A DNA stretch of 63,405 bases, the filler included, from Octopus bimaculoides (Eukaryota): NCBI RefSeq assembly GCF_001194135.2. It is 7 parts of 6 records of this genome, joined end to end, with 100 filler letters (N's around TTAATTAATTAA, not from the genome) between each part and the next. Parts side by side here need not be neighbours in the genome. Positions count along the whole stretch, not along the records: positions 1 to 29,408 come from NC_068981.1; 6 more parts are not named here. One strand, given 5' to 3'. A model generated the notes under the pieces. That model saw only the letters and a list, made by a program, of their open reading frames with translations, was not told the origin of the DNA and searched no databases. A program made the translations under genes and the position numbers. Below, piece after piece: positions 1-12,717 of this stretch (its first letter is position 1; the number at the start of each line of letters is the position of its first letter).

Positions 1-352
1 CTCTGTAACTTTCATAACCTGATCTAACAGCTTGATGCCTCTGTAATTATTTGTATCTAAAGCGTCACCTTTACCTTTGTAGCAGTTGACTATGATGCTG
101 CTACACCAGTCATTGGGTATGACTCCTTCGTGTATCACCTGGTTCGTAATACGGGTGACTAGGCTGTAGCCAACACTGCCAGATATTTTGAGCATCTCTG
201 CAGTGATTCCTGATGGGCCGGGGGCTCTCCCGGTCTTCATACTCTTAATTGCTTTATCTACCCTGGTACTATCAACTCGGATAGCTGGTCCCTCTATTGG
301 GTCGACATACGGCAGGCTCTCTTTCTCCCATTCATTCTCTTTATTAAGCAAT
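1..352 (-). mobile_element. RTE-clade LINE reverse transcriptase N-terminal fragment
   Basis: Open frame ...KAIKSMKTGRAPGPSGITAEMLK...IPNDWCSSIIVNCYKGKGDALDTNNYRGIKLLDQVMKVTE. Confidence 0.9.
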
Positions 353-1211
353 CTATCTATATATATATATATATGTATGCACACACACACACACATGTAT
401 GCATATATGCCTAAGTGTATGTATATGTATGTGACTCTGTGTGTGTGCATGTGTGTTTTACTGTTTTCTTGCCTTGACATTGGGCAACGTTAGTGAGTAA
501 GTGTCACTGTCATGCAAGAGGTGTTCTTTGTTTCCAACCTACCATGTAAACATGTATGAGTATGGTGAAATATTACTTGAAAATTGGTGAGGATTGGTGA
601 CAGGAAAGGCATCCAACCATATAAACTGTCTGATCCATGCAAGCATGGAAAAGTGGACATTTCATATATTTATATATTCCACTTAATGTGTGTGTGCGTG
701 TGTACACACACACACACACACACACTATGCAACTGATATTTTCATCCAAGGCGTTACCACCATATCTAATTGTTCAAGTGCTTTCAATTCTGTGTATATA
801 CATATATTTACCTGATTGATGACATTTATCAATTGTTCCTCTTATTGTTTTGATAATGCCATTTTTGAATGTTAATAAAACTGTTGGTATTTTTGACAAC
901 ATGGATATACTAGTTTTATACTATAAAGTGTTAAAAGAATTTCACCAAAATTATTGTTCTAAACGTAAATTCATTTCATCTTTATCGAGTTCTTTGCTAA
1001 AATGCTTTGCACAAAAACCAAAAATAAAAAATGTATTTTTGTGGTATTTGTGACTTATTTCTATTTCTATTTACAGTAGAGTTTTGGTAAAAATGCCACA
1101 AGTGAAAAAAACAGGTAAAAATGGCACAATAAGCTTAATAAATATACACTACTGGCTCATAGTCTGTATTATACCAGTTCCATTCTTTACTTTACACACA
1201 CACACACACAT

Positions 1212-2451
1212 GTATTACATGGAAAAATGTGAGCAAGAGAAATAATATTCTTAAGATTATAAACCTGTACAAGACAAGTTATTACACTTGGAAACGTTCA
1301 GGACAAGTTATTACATCTGGTAAAGTACAGAACAAGAAAATTCTTACTTAAAGTATTGCAGCTAAGGATAAAATTTCAAATAAAATATTCAGGTTTAGAA
1401 AATATTAGCTTTTATTAAAACTAAAAATTTTATTACAGGTTATTACTTCTATTTGTTATTACTTTTTACTTCTATTAAAAATAACTCAGTTAAGATATTT
1501 TCTGCACTTTAAAAAAATTCGTTTTTTTTTTTATTATTAATTAATAATTACAGCATGAAAGGTGTTTATAAGCCATTTAAGAAACACACGAAACCATTAG
1601 ATTCACTTCAACATTTAAACTTAATTTGCCAAAATATTTTCATCACTGTGAGACTGTGACCTGTTCACTGACAAAATTCTGTGCTGCATCAATTTGCAAT
1701 TTAATGCATCAATTTTGTCAGTGAACAGGTCACAGTCTCAAAGTGACGAAAATATTTTGACAAATTAAATTTAAATGTTGAAGTTAATCTAATGGTTTTT
1801 GTGTGTTTCTTAAATGGCTTATAAACACCTTCCATGCTGCAATTGTTTTCGTTCCACCACACAATCTCAGATCAGGTCACTTGTTATGCAAGTACATCTC
1901 CGTAATCAATAATTAGAAATTTGAAAATAAGTTATAAAAAAATAATAGTAGTGCATAATTAGTTAGTACAATAAATAGAATAATACAAAAATTAGTTATA
2001 TATTACAGTAAAACCTACCTATAACAACAAATTCACAGTAAAATTTGCTTGAGTTATTGCCTAAGTTATTACCAAATCTTCACATTTTTAGTCTTGACCC
2101 AATGCCTATTTTTTATATAATGAATTTGCCTTATACTATTCTACTTTGCATAAAACTATATTGGTACTTCTGGCTCTCATTTTTTAAGTATTCTAGTGGG
2201 TCAATATTTTACCAAAATGACGGTACCTTTTTAATAATAATGTTACTTTGTAAATTAAAATCAAATGATTTTTAATACTCAAATTTTATCCTTAGCTGCA
2301 ATATTTTAAGTAAAAATTTTCTTGTTCTGTACTTTACCAGACATAATAACTTGTCCTGAACTTTTCCAAGGGTAATAATTTGTTCTGTGCTTTTCCAGGT
2401 TTATAATCTTAAGAATATTATTTCTCTTGCTCACATTTTTTCCATGTAATC
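1212..2451. repeat. Outer long inverted repeat (arms ~1212-1378 and ~2281-2451)
   Basis: ATTACATGGAAAAATGTGAGCAAGAG...GCTAAGGATAAAATTT recurs in reverse complement. Confidence 0.75.
1547..1843. repeat. Palindromic MITE with ~135-bp arms
   Basis: ATTACAGCATGAAAGGTG...ACAAAATT is the reverse complement of AATTTTGTC...CACCTTCCATGCTGCAAT, with scattered mismatches. Confidence 0.85.
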
Positions 2452-2619
2452 CATGTTTTTTCCAGGCTACGCTATTATGCTAATTAATAATGCATCAATT
2501 AATAATTTAAGATTTTACCTTATTGAAAATTGAACTTGATAAACTTTCAAAGAGCAACAGCTACTGATGTTACCTATCCACACCAAATTAATGGCAGAGA
2601 ATTTTACCATCTTGAAGGT

Positions 2620-3710
2620 TGCACTATGGCTCACCTATCGGTTACAAACAAGACCCCAAAACCCAGTTACCAGACTCACCTTAAGTAATCTAGATTTTGA
2701 GTTGGTGATAATAGCAATGACTGTTGCTGATCTAGATCTATCAATAATGATTCAATACAACAGTAATTATGAAAGCATATCAGATATACACAAGTGAAAA
2801 TTACCTACATTCCCATAATACAAAAATAGATATATGAAAATCCCTTTAATTTAATTTCGATATATTAAATAATAAGTTTAGAATATAATCACTTTATAAC
2901 AATGCCTTTTCTGGACAGCCTTACTACATGCCTTCAGGTCTGCACATAGAGACACAGCCAAAAATGACTTTATTCTTTCCCCAATAAAATTAGATGTGTA
3001 TATCTGAAGCATATAACACATTAAAAAATGAACTAGCCTGATTAAATAATTAGCTAAAAAGCAAAAGGAAAGCAACTAAAAAGAAATTAGCAAAAAAAAA
3101 AAAAAAAAAAAAAAAAAGCAGAAATCAAGTAAGGCTGAAAGAGAAAATAATAAAAGTTAAAATTACTTAAGTGCAATGCCTTTTCTGAACAGCCTTACTA
3201 CATGACTTCAGTACTGCCCATAGACACACAGCTAGAAATGTTTATATTCTATCAAGTGAATTTGGAATTTTTTAAAGAAAATAAAGATAAAATAAAGCTA
3301 TTTGTTTATTCAAATTTATTTTCTTGCAATTATTAATAAGTTATATGCATTTTTATAAGCAAAAAATTATTGATTTCATAACAAGGAACAACAACTACAA
3401 TATAATCATCGTTTTGAATTTGCAACATGGCTCACCAAACAATAACAAATTGCAAGACCCAAGATTTTCAGTGATTAGGCTCACCTTAAGTCACGTAGAT
3501 TTTGAGTTGATGAAAATAATAATAACTGTCGCTCAGTGAAATGAAAATAAACACTTTTGTTATGTAATAAATTTAATTAACAATGGTCAATGACATATAA
3601 TTTATTAAAGCATATAAATGGCTTCATTGCTAATAAATTTAAAATTAAAATTAAAAATAATATAAAATATAATCACTTAAAATTGTACCTTTTCTGAACA
3701 GCCCTACTAC
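2620..3710. repeat. Diverged local tandem duplications containing candidate 15-nt microexons
   Basis: GCCTTTTCTG.ACAGCC.TACTAC at ~2904, ~3178, ~3688; CTCACCTTAAGT...AGATTTTGAGTTG at ~2675 and ~3480. Confidence 0.6.
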
Positions 3711-5221
3711 CAGAACTAGAGGAGAAGTTTCAGGTGTGGGAGCAAGGTCTAGAATCAAAGGGCCTTAGAGTCAATCTAGCGAAAACCAAAGTCTTAATAA
3801 GTAGGAAGACAGACAAATCACAAATCCCTTCCGGTAGATGGCTCTGCTCAATCTGTAGAAAAGGCGTAGGTAGAAACTCCATAAGATGTAAGCTATGGAC
3901 ACATAAGAGGGGCAGCAATATCAAAGGGAGGCTAACTGGGAAGATAGTTTTTGTATGTGGCAAATGCTCAGGCGCTATAAACACAGAAAATGTGCAGTGA
4001 ACAGCTTGTCACATTCCAGGGAGAAAAACTAGTAGTAGTTGATAGCTTCTGTTACCAAGGGGACCAAGTCAGTAGCAGGGGTGGATGCGCTGAAAGTGTA
4101 GCTGCCAGAATAATAATAGCCTGGGCAAAGTTCACAGAGCTCCTACATCTGCTGGTGACAAAGGGCCTCTTGCTCAGAGTAAAAGGTAGACTGTATAACG
4201 CATGTGTGCAAACAGCCATGCTACATGGCAACGAAACATGGGCCATGACTGCTGAGGACATGCGTAAGCATGCAAGGAATGAAGCCAGTATGCTCCGCTG
4301 GATGTGTGATGTCAGTGTGCATACCCGACAGAGTGTAAGTACCTTGAAAGAAAAGTTGGATTAAAGAAGCATCAGATGTGGTGTGCAAGAGAGACAACTG
4401 CGCTGGTATGGTCATGTGTTGTGTATGGATGAGGACAGCTGTGTGAAAAAGTGTCACATCCTAGCAGTAGAGGGAACCTGTGGAAGAGGTAGTCCCAGGA
4501 AGACATATGATGAGGTTGTGAAACACAACCTTTGAACGTTGGGCCTCACTGAGGCAATATAAAGGAACCAAGACCTTTGGAGATATGCTGTGCTTGAGAA
4601 GACTTGGCAAGCCAAATGAGACCATAACTGGCCCATTTAAGAGTACCTTTCAATCATTGGGCAATAAATTGCGTTTGCAAAGCCCTGTTGAGTCAAGTGA
4701 AGTCATTGTGGTGGACGATGGCAGTACCGCCTGATTGGTACCCGTACCGATGGCATGTAAAAAGCGCTATTCAGGCATGGTCGATGCCAGTGCTGGTGGC
4801 ATGTAAAAAGCACCATTCAAGCATGATTGTTGCCAGTGCCATCCGACTAGCTCCCATGCCGGTGGCATGTAAAAAGTACCATTTGAGTGTGGTCGATGCC
4901 TGTCCTGGTGGCACGTAAAAAGCACCATTCAAACCTGGTCATTACCAGTGCTGCCTGACTGGCTCCCATGCAGGTGGCATATAAAAAGCACCATTCAAGC
5001 GTGGTTGATGCCAGTACCACCTTACCGGCCCTCATGCTGGTTGGACGTAAAAAGTACCCACTATACTCTCAGAGTGGTTGGTGTTAGGAAGGGCATCCAG
5101 CTGTAGAAACTTTTCCAGATCAGATTGGAGCCTGGTGCAGCCTTCTGGCTTGCCAGCTTGCAATCAAACCATCCAACCCATGCCAGGATGGAAAGCGGAT
5201 GTTAAACGACGATGATGATGA
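3711..5221 (+). mobile_element. 5'-truncated RTE LINE: RT C-terminal region, Cys/His finger, repeated 3' UTR, (GAT)n tail
   Basis: GLRVNLAKTKV, LHGNETW and LRWYGHV motifs with frameshifts; same family as 25150-26025. Confidence 0.9.
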
Positions 5222-6860
5222 TTTGTGTGTCTGTGTTTGTACCCCCACCATGACTTGACAACCAATGTTGGTGTGTTTACGATGTTAGTGGGTTCGGCAA
5301 AGAATAAGTCCTGGGGTTGATTTGTTCAACTAAAGGCAGTACTCCAGCATGGCCGCAGTCAAATGACTGAAACAAGTAAAAAAAAAAAATTTTTTAAATC
5401 AACAGGTTAATTTCGGAAGTTTCAGAAGCTAAGAAGTGTAGGGTTCTTGATCAGTTTATATCTTTTATTATAGTGTTGTGATTTGGGCCATTTAACACCT
5501 GTCTTATATATCACGTAGATGTGAGTAGATAAATGGAGAACAACTCTGGTAGAAGGCCAGAAAAGTTTGAGTGAATCAGTAGCCCTTGGTGGTGAGAGAT
5601 CTCTTGTTTCTCATTTTAACGTTGCTAAAAACAATAAGTAAAAATAAAAACATTTGCTTACAATTTTCATTATTTTCATGTACACTACGATCTCAATCAG
5701 ATCTCTTGCCAAACAAATACAATTCAAAAACGTACATAAAAGAGGCTTTGCGAAAAATGTAGTTCGAGTGCCAAATTTATTTCTTCATATGCGTTCATAC
5801 AAATAAGATGTAAATAAAACGTGTAGTTTCACACTCCCTTCTATGTAACGCTGTTAATGGCGAAATTTATTGAAATAAAGTAGCTTGCATACGAACTACA
5901 TGGTTCCGGGTTCAGTCCCACTGCGTGGCACCTTGGGCAAGTGTCTTCTACCATAGCCTCGGGCCAACCAAAGCCTTGTGAGTGGATTTGGTAGACGGAA
6001 ACTGAAAGAAGCCCGTCGTATATATGTATATATATATGTGTGTGTGCATGTATATGTTTGTGTGTCTGTGTTTGTCCCCCCAGCATCGCTTGACAACTGA
6101 TGCTGGTGTGTTTACGTCCCCGTAACTTAGCGGTTCGGCAAAAGAGATCGATAGAATAAGTGCTAGGCTTACAAAGAATAAGTCCTGGGGTCGATTTGCT
6201 TGACTAAAGGCAGTGCTCCAGCATGGCTACAGTCAAATGACTGAAACAAGTAAAAGAGTAAAGAGTATCATCTACATAGAAATAAATTTAGCAAGCAACT
6301 CAAGAGAAATATATTTGGGACCCGTGAATACATTTTTCTTCCTTTAAGTGAGTTTTATAATTTCATTTCCAAATATTTTGATAGTATTAGCGTTTGTAGT
6401 TTCGTACATGAAAACGTAATATTATTTTGTTCACATATATAACAAAACAGGAAGTTGGAAAACTTTTTGGTATTATTTATTGACCATTACACATTTCATT
6501 TGCTAAAAGGAATCACAAAGAAGAATTTCTAACAGGTAATTTTGGTCAATATAAAATTTAAGACCAGTTAACGAAAACAAAAAGAAACTCAGCCTGCTAG
6601 GTGTTAAAAACTGTGTAGAAAACAAATATGCAAAAAAAAATTTGTACAAACGAACGTGGAGTAGGGAGGAGGGGGAGAGGACTTTCAGAAAATTCACAAG
6701 ATCTGATTTTTCACTCATAACTTTCAGGAAAATGGATATTGATGAAATTTTATAGAAATACCATTCAAGTGGCACAAATTACGATTATAAAGACATTTCT
6801 GGGGGAAATTTTTTTCCGAAAGGGAGGGGGAAAAGACTGTTGGAAAATTCACATGATCCT

Positions 6861-6934
6861 GTGGGCATATGGCGTAGTGGTTAAGAGTGCGGGCTACTAA
6901 CTCCAAGATTCTGAGTTCGATTCCAGGCAGTGAT

Positions 6935-6996
<62 letters not shown>

Positions 6997-7151
6997 CAAC
7001 AACAACAACATCAAAAAATACCTTAGAAATGAGAACCCAGGTTCGAAATTTCTCCAAGACACCTGATGAAGGCTGGAGGGTATATCAGCCGAAACGTTGT
7101 GTTAACAACAAACAAGATGAGGACAAATATCCGTCAAATGTAAATAATGTA
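6861..7151 (+). mobile_element. tRNA-derived SINE-like element with (AAT)n spacer and hammerhead-bearing 3' part
   Basis: A box TGGCGTAGTGGTT (6870), B box GAGTTCGATTCC (6913); related tail sequences recur at ~10577-10614 (minus) and 57041-57239. Confidence 0.75.
7058..7103 (+). ncRNA. Minimal type-I hammerhead ribozyme motif
   Basis: Stem I GACAC/GTGTT; core CTGATGA; extra A; stem II GGCTG/CAGCC; GAA; palindromic stem III ACGT; predicted cleavage after GUU at 7098. Confidence 0.75.
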
Positions 7152-9637
7152 TATAGATAGATAGATAGATACAACGGGCTTCTTTCAGTTTCTGTCTACC
7201 ATATCCACTCACAAGGCTTTGGTCGGCCCAAGGTTACAGTGGAGGATTCTTGCCCAAGGTGCCACACAGTGGGACTGAACCTGGAACCATGTGGTTGGGA
7301 AGTAAGCTTCTTACCACACAGCCACTCCTGTGCCTATTATGTTAATGTTTTTTATTATTTCGGAATGAAGAACATAAATATGGATGCTGAGTAACTAAAC
7401 TTGTAGTATTTTGATGGGATTAAGCCAATGAATTAAGCAAGGTAATTGCTTCTATCAGAATCGTTTGCCTTTAAAATGAAAAAAATAAAACTGACGTATA
7501 GGACAGATATGTAAAATATATTCCTGTATGCTTCTTTCTCTGTTCATGCGGTTTAGCTGTGGAAATTGTTGCATGCGCGCACACACAAACACGAAAATTC
7601 TCCAGCCATTTAGCTGTTATTTTTACCATATCAAGAGCTTCACATGGCGTGATCCTTTTGCTGTTTCACTATAAATCTATGCATGCAGAAACAGACAAAA
7701 CAGTCGTTCATTTTCACTTTTAGATAGCAAGATGGGGTGGCAAGAGTGATTTAATTCTGGAGTTTTGCATAAAAATTTTGAAATTTAAATTTGTCTCCCA
7801 ACCCATATTCTTAATTTCTGTATTTTTTCATCGTAAATTGAAAAAAAAAAAAAAAATTTGAAAAATTGAAAAATTGAAACTTGGGAGAATGGAATTAAAT
7901 TTTTGAAAACATGGTTTTTTACACATTCTGAATCTCTGTCATCAAAAGAATAGGAATCTGGTGAAAAAAAAAAAATCGCTTTTGTGACTGGGTGCTAAAC
8001 TAGATCCTGGAAGTTATGAGGGGGAAAAAATGGATGGTGTGAATTTTCCAACAGTCCTCTACCCATNNNNNNNNNNNNNNNNNNNNNNNNNNNNNNNNNN
8101 NNNNNNNNNNNNNNNNNNNNNNNNNNNNNNNNNNNNNNNNNNNNNNNNNNNNNNNNNNNNNNNNNNNNNNNNNNNNNNNNNNNNNNNNNNNNNNNNNNNN
8201 NNNNNNNNNNNNNNNNNNNNNNNNNNNNNNNNNNNNNNNNNNNNNNNNNNNNNNNNNNNNNNNNNNNNNNNNNNNNNNNNNNNNNNNNNNNNNNNNNNNN
8301 NNNNNNNNNNNNNNNNNNNNNNNNNNNNNNNNNNNNNNNNNNNNNNNNNNNNNNNNNNNNNNNNNNNNNNNNNNNNNNNNNNNNNNNNNNNNNNNNNNNN
8401 NNNNNNNNNNNNNNNNNNNNNNNNNNNNNNNNNNNNNNNNNNNNNNNNNNNNNNNNNNNNNNNNNNNNNNNNNNNNNNNNNNNNNNNNNNNNNNNNNNNN
8501 NNNNNNNNNNNNNNNNNNNNNNNNNNNNNNNNNNNNNNNNNNNNNNNNNNNNNNNNNNNNNNNNNNNNNNNNNNNNNNNNNNNNNNNNNNNNNNNNNNNN
8601 NNNNNNNNNNNNNNNNNNNNNNNNNNNNNNNNNNNNNNNNNNNNNNNNNNNNNNNNNNNNNNNNNNNNNNNNNNNNNNNNNNNNNNNNNNNNNNNNNNNN
8701 NNNNNNNNNNNNNNNNNNGATATATATATTGGCGAAGTCTTTCCCGGTATTTCTATAAAATTTCACCAATATATATATCCATTTTCCTGAAAGTCATGGG
8801 GAGAAAATCAGATCTTGTGAATTTTCCATAAGTCCTCTCTCACCACACCCTCCATGTTCGTTTGCGCAATTGTTTTTTTCATATTCATTCTCTACAGCTT
8901 TTAACACCTAGCAGGCTGGCTTTATTATTTTTTTTGGCGTTAACAGGTCTCACTTTATATTCATCATCATCATCATCATATTGACCGTAATTTCTTACGT
9001 TTATCCAACATGTACAACTTCGTTATTCCTATTAGCAAATGAAACGTGCATAATGGTGAATAAATAATATCAAAAGACTTCCATTTTCCCATTTTGCTAT
9101 ATAATTCCAGTTTTCGCCAAATTTGGTGAAAATCTGTTCAATACACCGCCACAAATTTTTCACAAAATTTGGCAAAAATACTCATAACCCTAACTCTAAA
9201 AGCTGAACCCTAACCCTAAAACCCTAAAGCTAAAACCAGTACAAACGCATGAACGATGTCATAAATAACAGTACCACCGATAGTTGTTATTGACAAACAA
9301 CAGCACTAATTTTATTACACCGCATAACGTTTTGTTGACAATTCACAGCAGTAATTGTTTTCACCTCAATAGACATCAGTGATTGGTTGAAATTACCAAA
9401 ATACGACAATTTTAACACGAAATAACTTTAAAAAGATAATATTTTCTCAATAACACTAAGAGTAAAAGATGTTTTATATGACACATTCTACCAGTGTCCC
9501 AAGTTTGAAAGTGTTTCGTTAAGAAAACAAGTGGCGCCCGCCAAATCAGAAAGATCCAACACAGGTATAATAATATTTATTATTATTATTCATCAAAAAG
9601 TAATGCTTCAAATCGTTCCCAAAATTTTTCGGTATAA

Positions 9638-9925
9638 CTACAGATGTATACCCCACCGACTTTGTTGCCTCATAACTTCCGGAAAAATGGACACCTTTTA
9701 ACAAAACTTTCAAAAAATAACCGCTTAGATCTTGTAAATAGAGTGTATGTAAAGATTTGCTGGAAAAAAAAATGTTTCCAAGGGGTTGAGGAGAGGATTC
9801 TCATAACTCAACATTTTCCTTCCATATAACTTTCATTTTTCGTTAAAAAGTGTCCGTTTTTTCTGGAAATTATGAGGCAACAAAGTCAGTGTGTGTGTGT
9901 GGTGGTGGGAGTAATATATCTGTAG
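9638..9925. repeat. MITE with ~65-bp TIRs
   Basis: CTACAGAT...GACTTTGTTGCCTCATAA...GGACAC...AAC inverted at the other end. Confidence 0.7.
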
Positions 9926-9949
9926 TTTTGCCAATTTTTCTTTACTCAT

Positions 9950-10420
9950 TCGTTTTGGCGGTGAAGTTTTCCAAGAGGATGTCTAAAGTTTTTTCATTGC
10001 ACAAGATTTTATGTAAATGCATTACAGCACATTGTGTCAGACAATGTTGCGGCATAATTTTGAGCCCAGCTCAGTGTTTTGGCAAAAAACATCCTGAATA
10101 ACCTTAGTTAGTGTCTCCAAAGTGTGGTCAGGAGAAAATCTTCGTGGACATCCTGGTTTTCAGAAACATAACAATAACTGATTCGTGTTCTATTCCAGAG
10201 CAATCACATATAATACCAATAAACATGGAATTTTCAACCTTTTTTTCCTGATATCCTGCAGGATGTTATGAACATATGCCTCTAAGAGTTCATTTTGTAT
10301 GGTATCAGATAGGAAGCTGCTGACTTACTTCTGCACCACATTCCTTGGCAAGAATGCTGGTCTGACCAAAGACTGATATTATCAAAAGTGAATTTTACTA
10401 TCTGCAATCCTACTCATAAC
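9950..10420 (-). mobile_element. hAT (ZMYM1/Tip100-like) transposase remnant
   Basis: SFLSDTIQNELLE...FIGIICD...DVHEDFL resembles the YTS..IQNELI...FSIIADE...EDFLG pattern; decayed. Confidence 0.55.
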
Positions 10421-10616
10421 AATTACACTCAACCATTTGGAAAAGTGGAAGAGACAAAGCTGAAGAATAATGACAATTTAACCTCATTTCAAACAACCTG
10501 TGTCAAGCATCTCAGACAAAATAGATATTGAATCAGTGTGGTCTGCTTTTAAAAATGCTGTATTTGAGTCATCTTACAGTTCTATATTTGAGAGATGAGG
10601 AATTATGTACATTATG

Positions 10617-10866
10617 ATGCTAGTGCTGCCTTGACTGGCTTCCGTCGCACGTAAAAAGCACAATCTGATTGTGGTCGATGCCAGCTCCATCTGACCCCTA
10701 TGCTGTAAAAAAAGCACCCTAACCCTAACCCACTACACTCTTGGAGAAGTTGGCATTAGGAAGGGTATCCAGCTGTAGAAACACTGCCAGATCAGACTGG
10801 AACCCCAGTCGAACTGTCCAAACCATGCTAGCATGGAGAACAGATGTTAAACGATGATGATGATGA
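10617..10866 (+). mobile_element. RTE 3' UTR fragment (related tail fragments at ~470-660, 11507-11600, 19650-20040)
   Basis: GGAAGGGTATCCAGCTGTAGAAAC...CATGCTAGCATGGA...GTTAAACGATGATGAT matches the tail at 5080-5221. Confidence 0.7.
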
Positions 10867-12062
10867 TAACAGGGGACACCAGTGTCATATTCAGATGTGA
10901 CCTCCACTTCTGAATTTGTTTCTTCATGACTTTTAGAAAAATTCACATTTTAAATCAGAATTCATTGTGAGGAAAAAAACCTGGGGGAAGTTGTTGGAGA
11001 GGTAACACACTTCAGCAAAATTTTTGCGATAACTAAGTCAGTTGTCTGAAACTTCTCCCTCTACGCTTTTCTGACATCATCGTTGTCTACATCAAGTCAA
11101 ATATTTTCAGAACATATTTCATTACAAAATATCCATTTTCCACAAAGCCTTGTGAGTGGATTTGATAGACAGAAACTAAAAGAAGCCCATCATGTGTGTG
11201 TGTGTGTGTGTGTCTTTCTTTCTCTCTGTGGTAGTCCCCTATATCACTGCTTGACACCCAGTGTTGGTGTGTTATATCCCCATTACTTAATGGTTCTGCA
11301 AAAATGACTGATAGCATATGTACTAGGCTTTAAAAAAATAAGTCCTAGGGTTGATTTGTTCAGCTAATATCCCTGCAAGGTTGTGCCCCAGCATGGCCAG
11401 TCAAATGACTGAAACAAGTTAAAATATTAGCATACAAAACTACATCAATACACCAAATTCAAAATCAATGAGAACAAAATTGGAATCTTTTCTTTTTGGC
11501 TGCACCTGAGCCTGTTGTTGCCATCCGGTTTCACCAGTCCTCAGTCAAATCGTCCAACCCATGCTAGCATGGAAAGCGGACGTTAAACAATGATGATGAT
11601 ATAATTTTCCAAGCTGAATCTCAGGAGATAATTCGCTTTTTCCAGAAAAATATTAAAAGAAGCTTCAGGGCTTTAATGTTTTATCATTTTTACGCAGTCA
11701 GAAAACAAGATTTGGAAGCTGTCATTTTGTGCATGACTGTACGTGTTGTGAACTGTAAACAAATTAAATATTATTGGAATTCTGCTTTATGCATCCTATG
11801 AAACCCCTTATGACTTTATTTTTTGGAATCTTCAGAAAATTTTTGTGAATTTGCATTCTACACACAGGAATTCATACAATTATGCAAACACACAAAAAAA
11901 AAATTGTCCTTGTATGATTTGAGATCTATTTAGCTGTTATTTTTAGCACATCTGATGGTCACTTCATACTGCATGTGTTTTAAGCACTTAAAAAGTGAGA
12001 AAAAGATCACGTGGTAAGCAACTTGGCTTGTTATAATGGAAACAGGCACCTACATGTCTGGC

Positions 12063-12600
12063 TTTTGATTGGCTAAAATTATCCAAAATTCCCAAATTTT
12101 AAATGCTATTAACTATTTATGTATTGATCTATGGTGAAAATGAATTTCATGACATTGATTACTGAACAAAACTGTATCGATACACCAAATATGAACTCAA
12201 TTGGAACAAAAATTGTAGATATTGAAAAGTGAAAGCCAAGCAGAAAAGATCTTGCAATAGATTGTGATCTAGTTTTACTAATTAATTAAATGACTTCAGT
12301 CTAATTTCACAGGAATTTAGTTTACATCACAAGTAATGGTCGAGCCTGATAGGGTACTGTTTTTGACAGAGATTTACGATTGTTTACACAGCAATAAGAT
12401 TTTTCTCTCAACAATGTTGGCTTCATTAATAAAGTTTCTTCCAACCACTTAGTTTTTCAAATTTTCACCTGATTACTTTAAAAACATATAGTTCTGATGT
12501 AGTTTTGGATACTGATAATGAAAATCACACTCATTATTTCTAAAAACAAATAATTAAAAAGCTACATGCACTTAAAGTTAAGTAATTTTAGCCAATCGAA
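12063..12600. repeat. MITE with GATTGGCTAAAATTA TIRs
   Basis: TTTGATTGGCTAAAATTA ... TAATTTTAGCCAATCGAA; a similar end occurs near 38610-38630. Confidence 0.6.
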
Positions 12601-12717
12601 ATCATCCATTGTTCACATATCATCTATGCTTATTGCTATTGTCATGGAGATTAACACACACATAACTTTTATGTGGCCTCTTGGCTTGTTAGAAATAGCA
12701 GCCAAATCTTCATTCCA

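Larger units (their letters stand above)
6555..8961. repeat. Long-TIR foldback-like element with SINEs and a gap inside
   Basis: 6555-6858 is the reverse complement of 8035-8066 plus 8747-8961. Confidence 0.65.

Noticed and set aside
4740-5070. CRISPR-like repeat array
   Set aside because: Eukaryotic LINE 3' UTR with diverged units and no unique constant-length spacers or cas genes
6861-6930. tRNA gene
   Set aside because: A and B boxes are present but there is no full cloverleaf or acceptor stem; this is a SINE head, as are the other tRNA-like starts
8030-8769. Long ORFs containing X runs (also at 25295-25959, 34272-34727, 37245-37934, 41788-42219, 48706-49366, 58260-59060)
   Set aside because: They are open only because they cross N gaps
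9185-9235. (TAACCC)-like hexamers as a telomere remnant (also ~10716-10731)
   Set aside because: Few, degenerate and embedded in interspersed repeats
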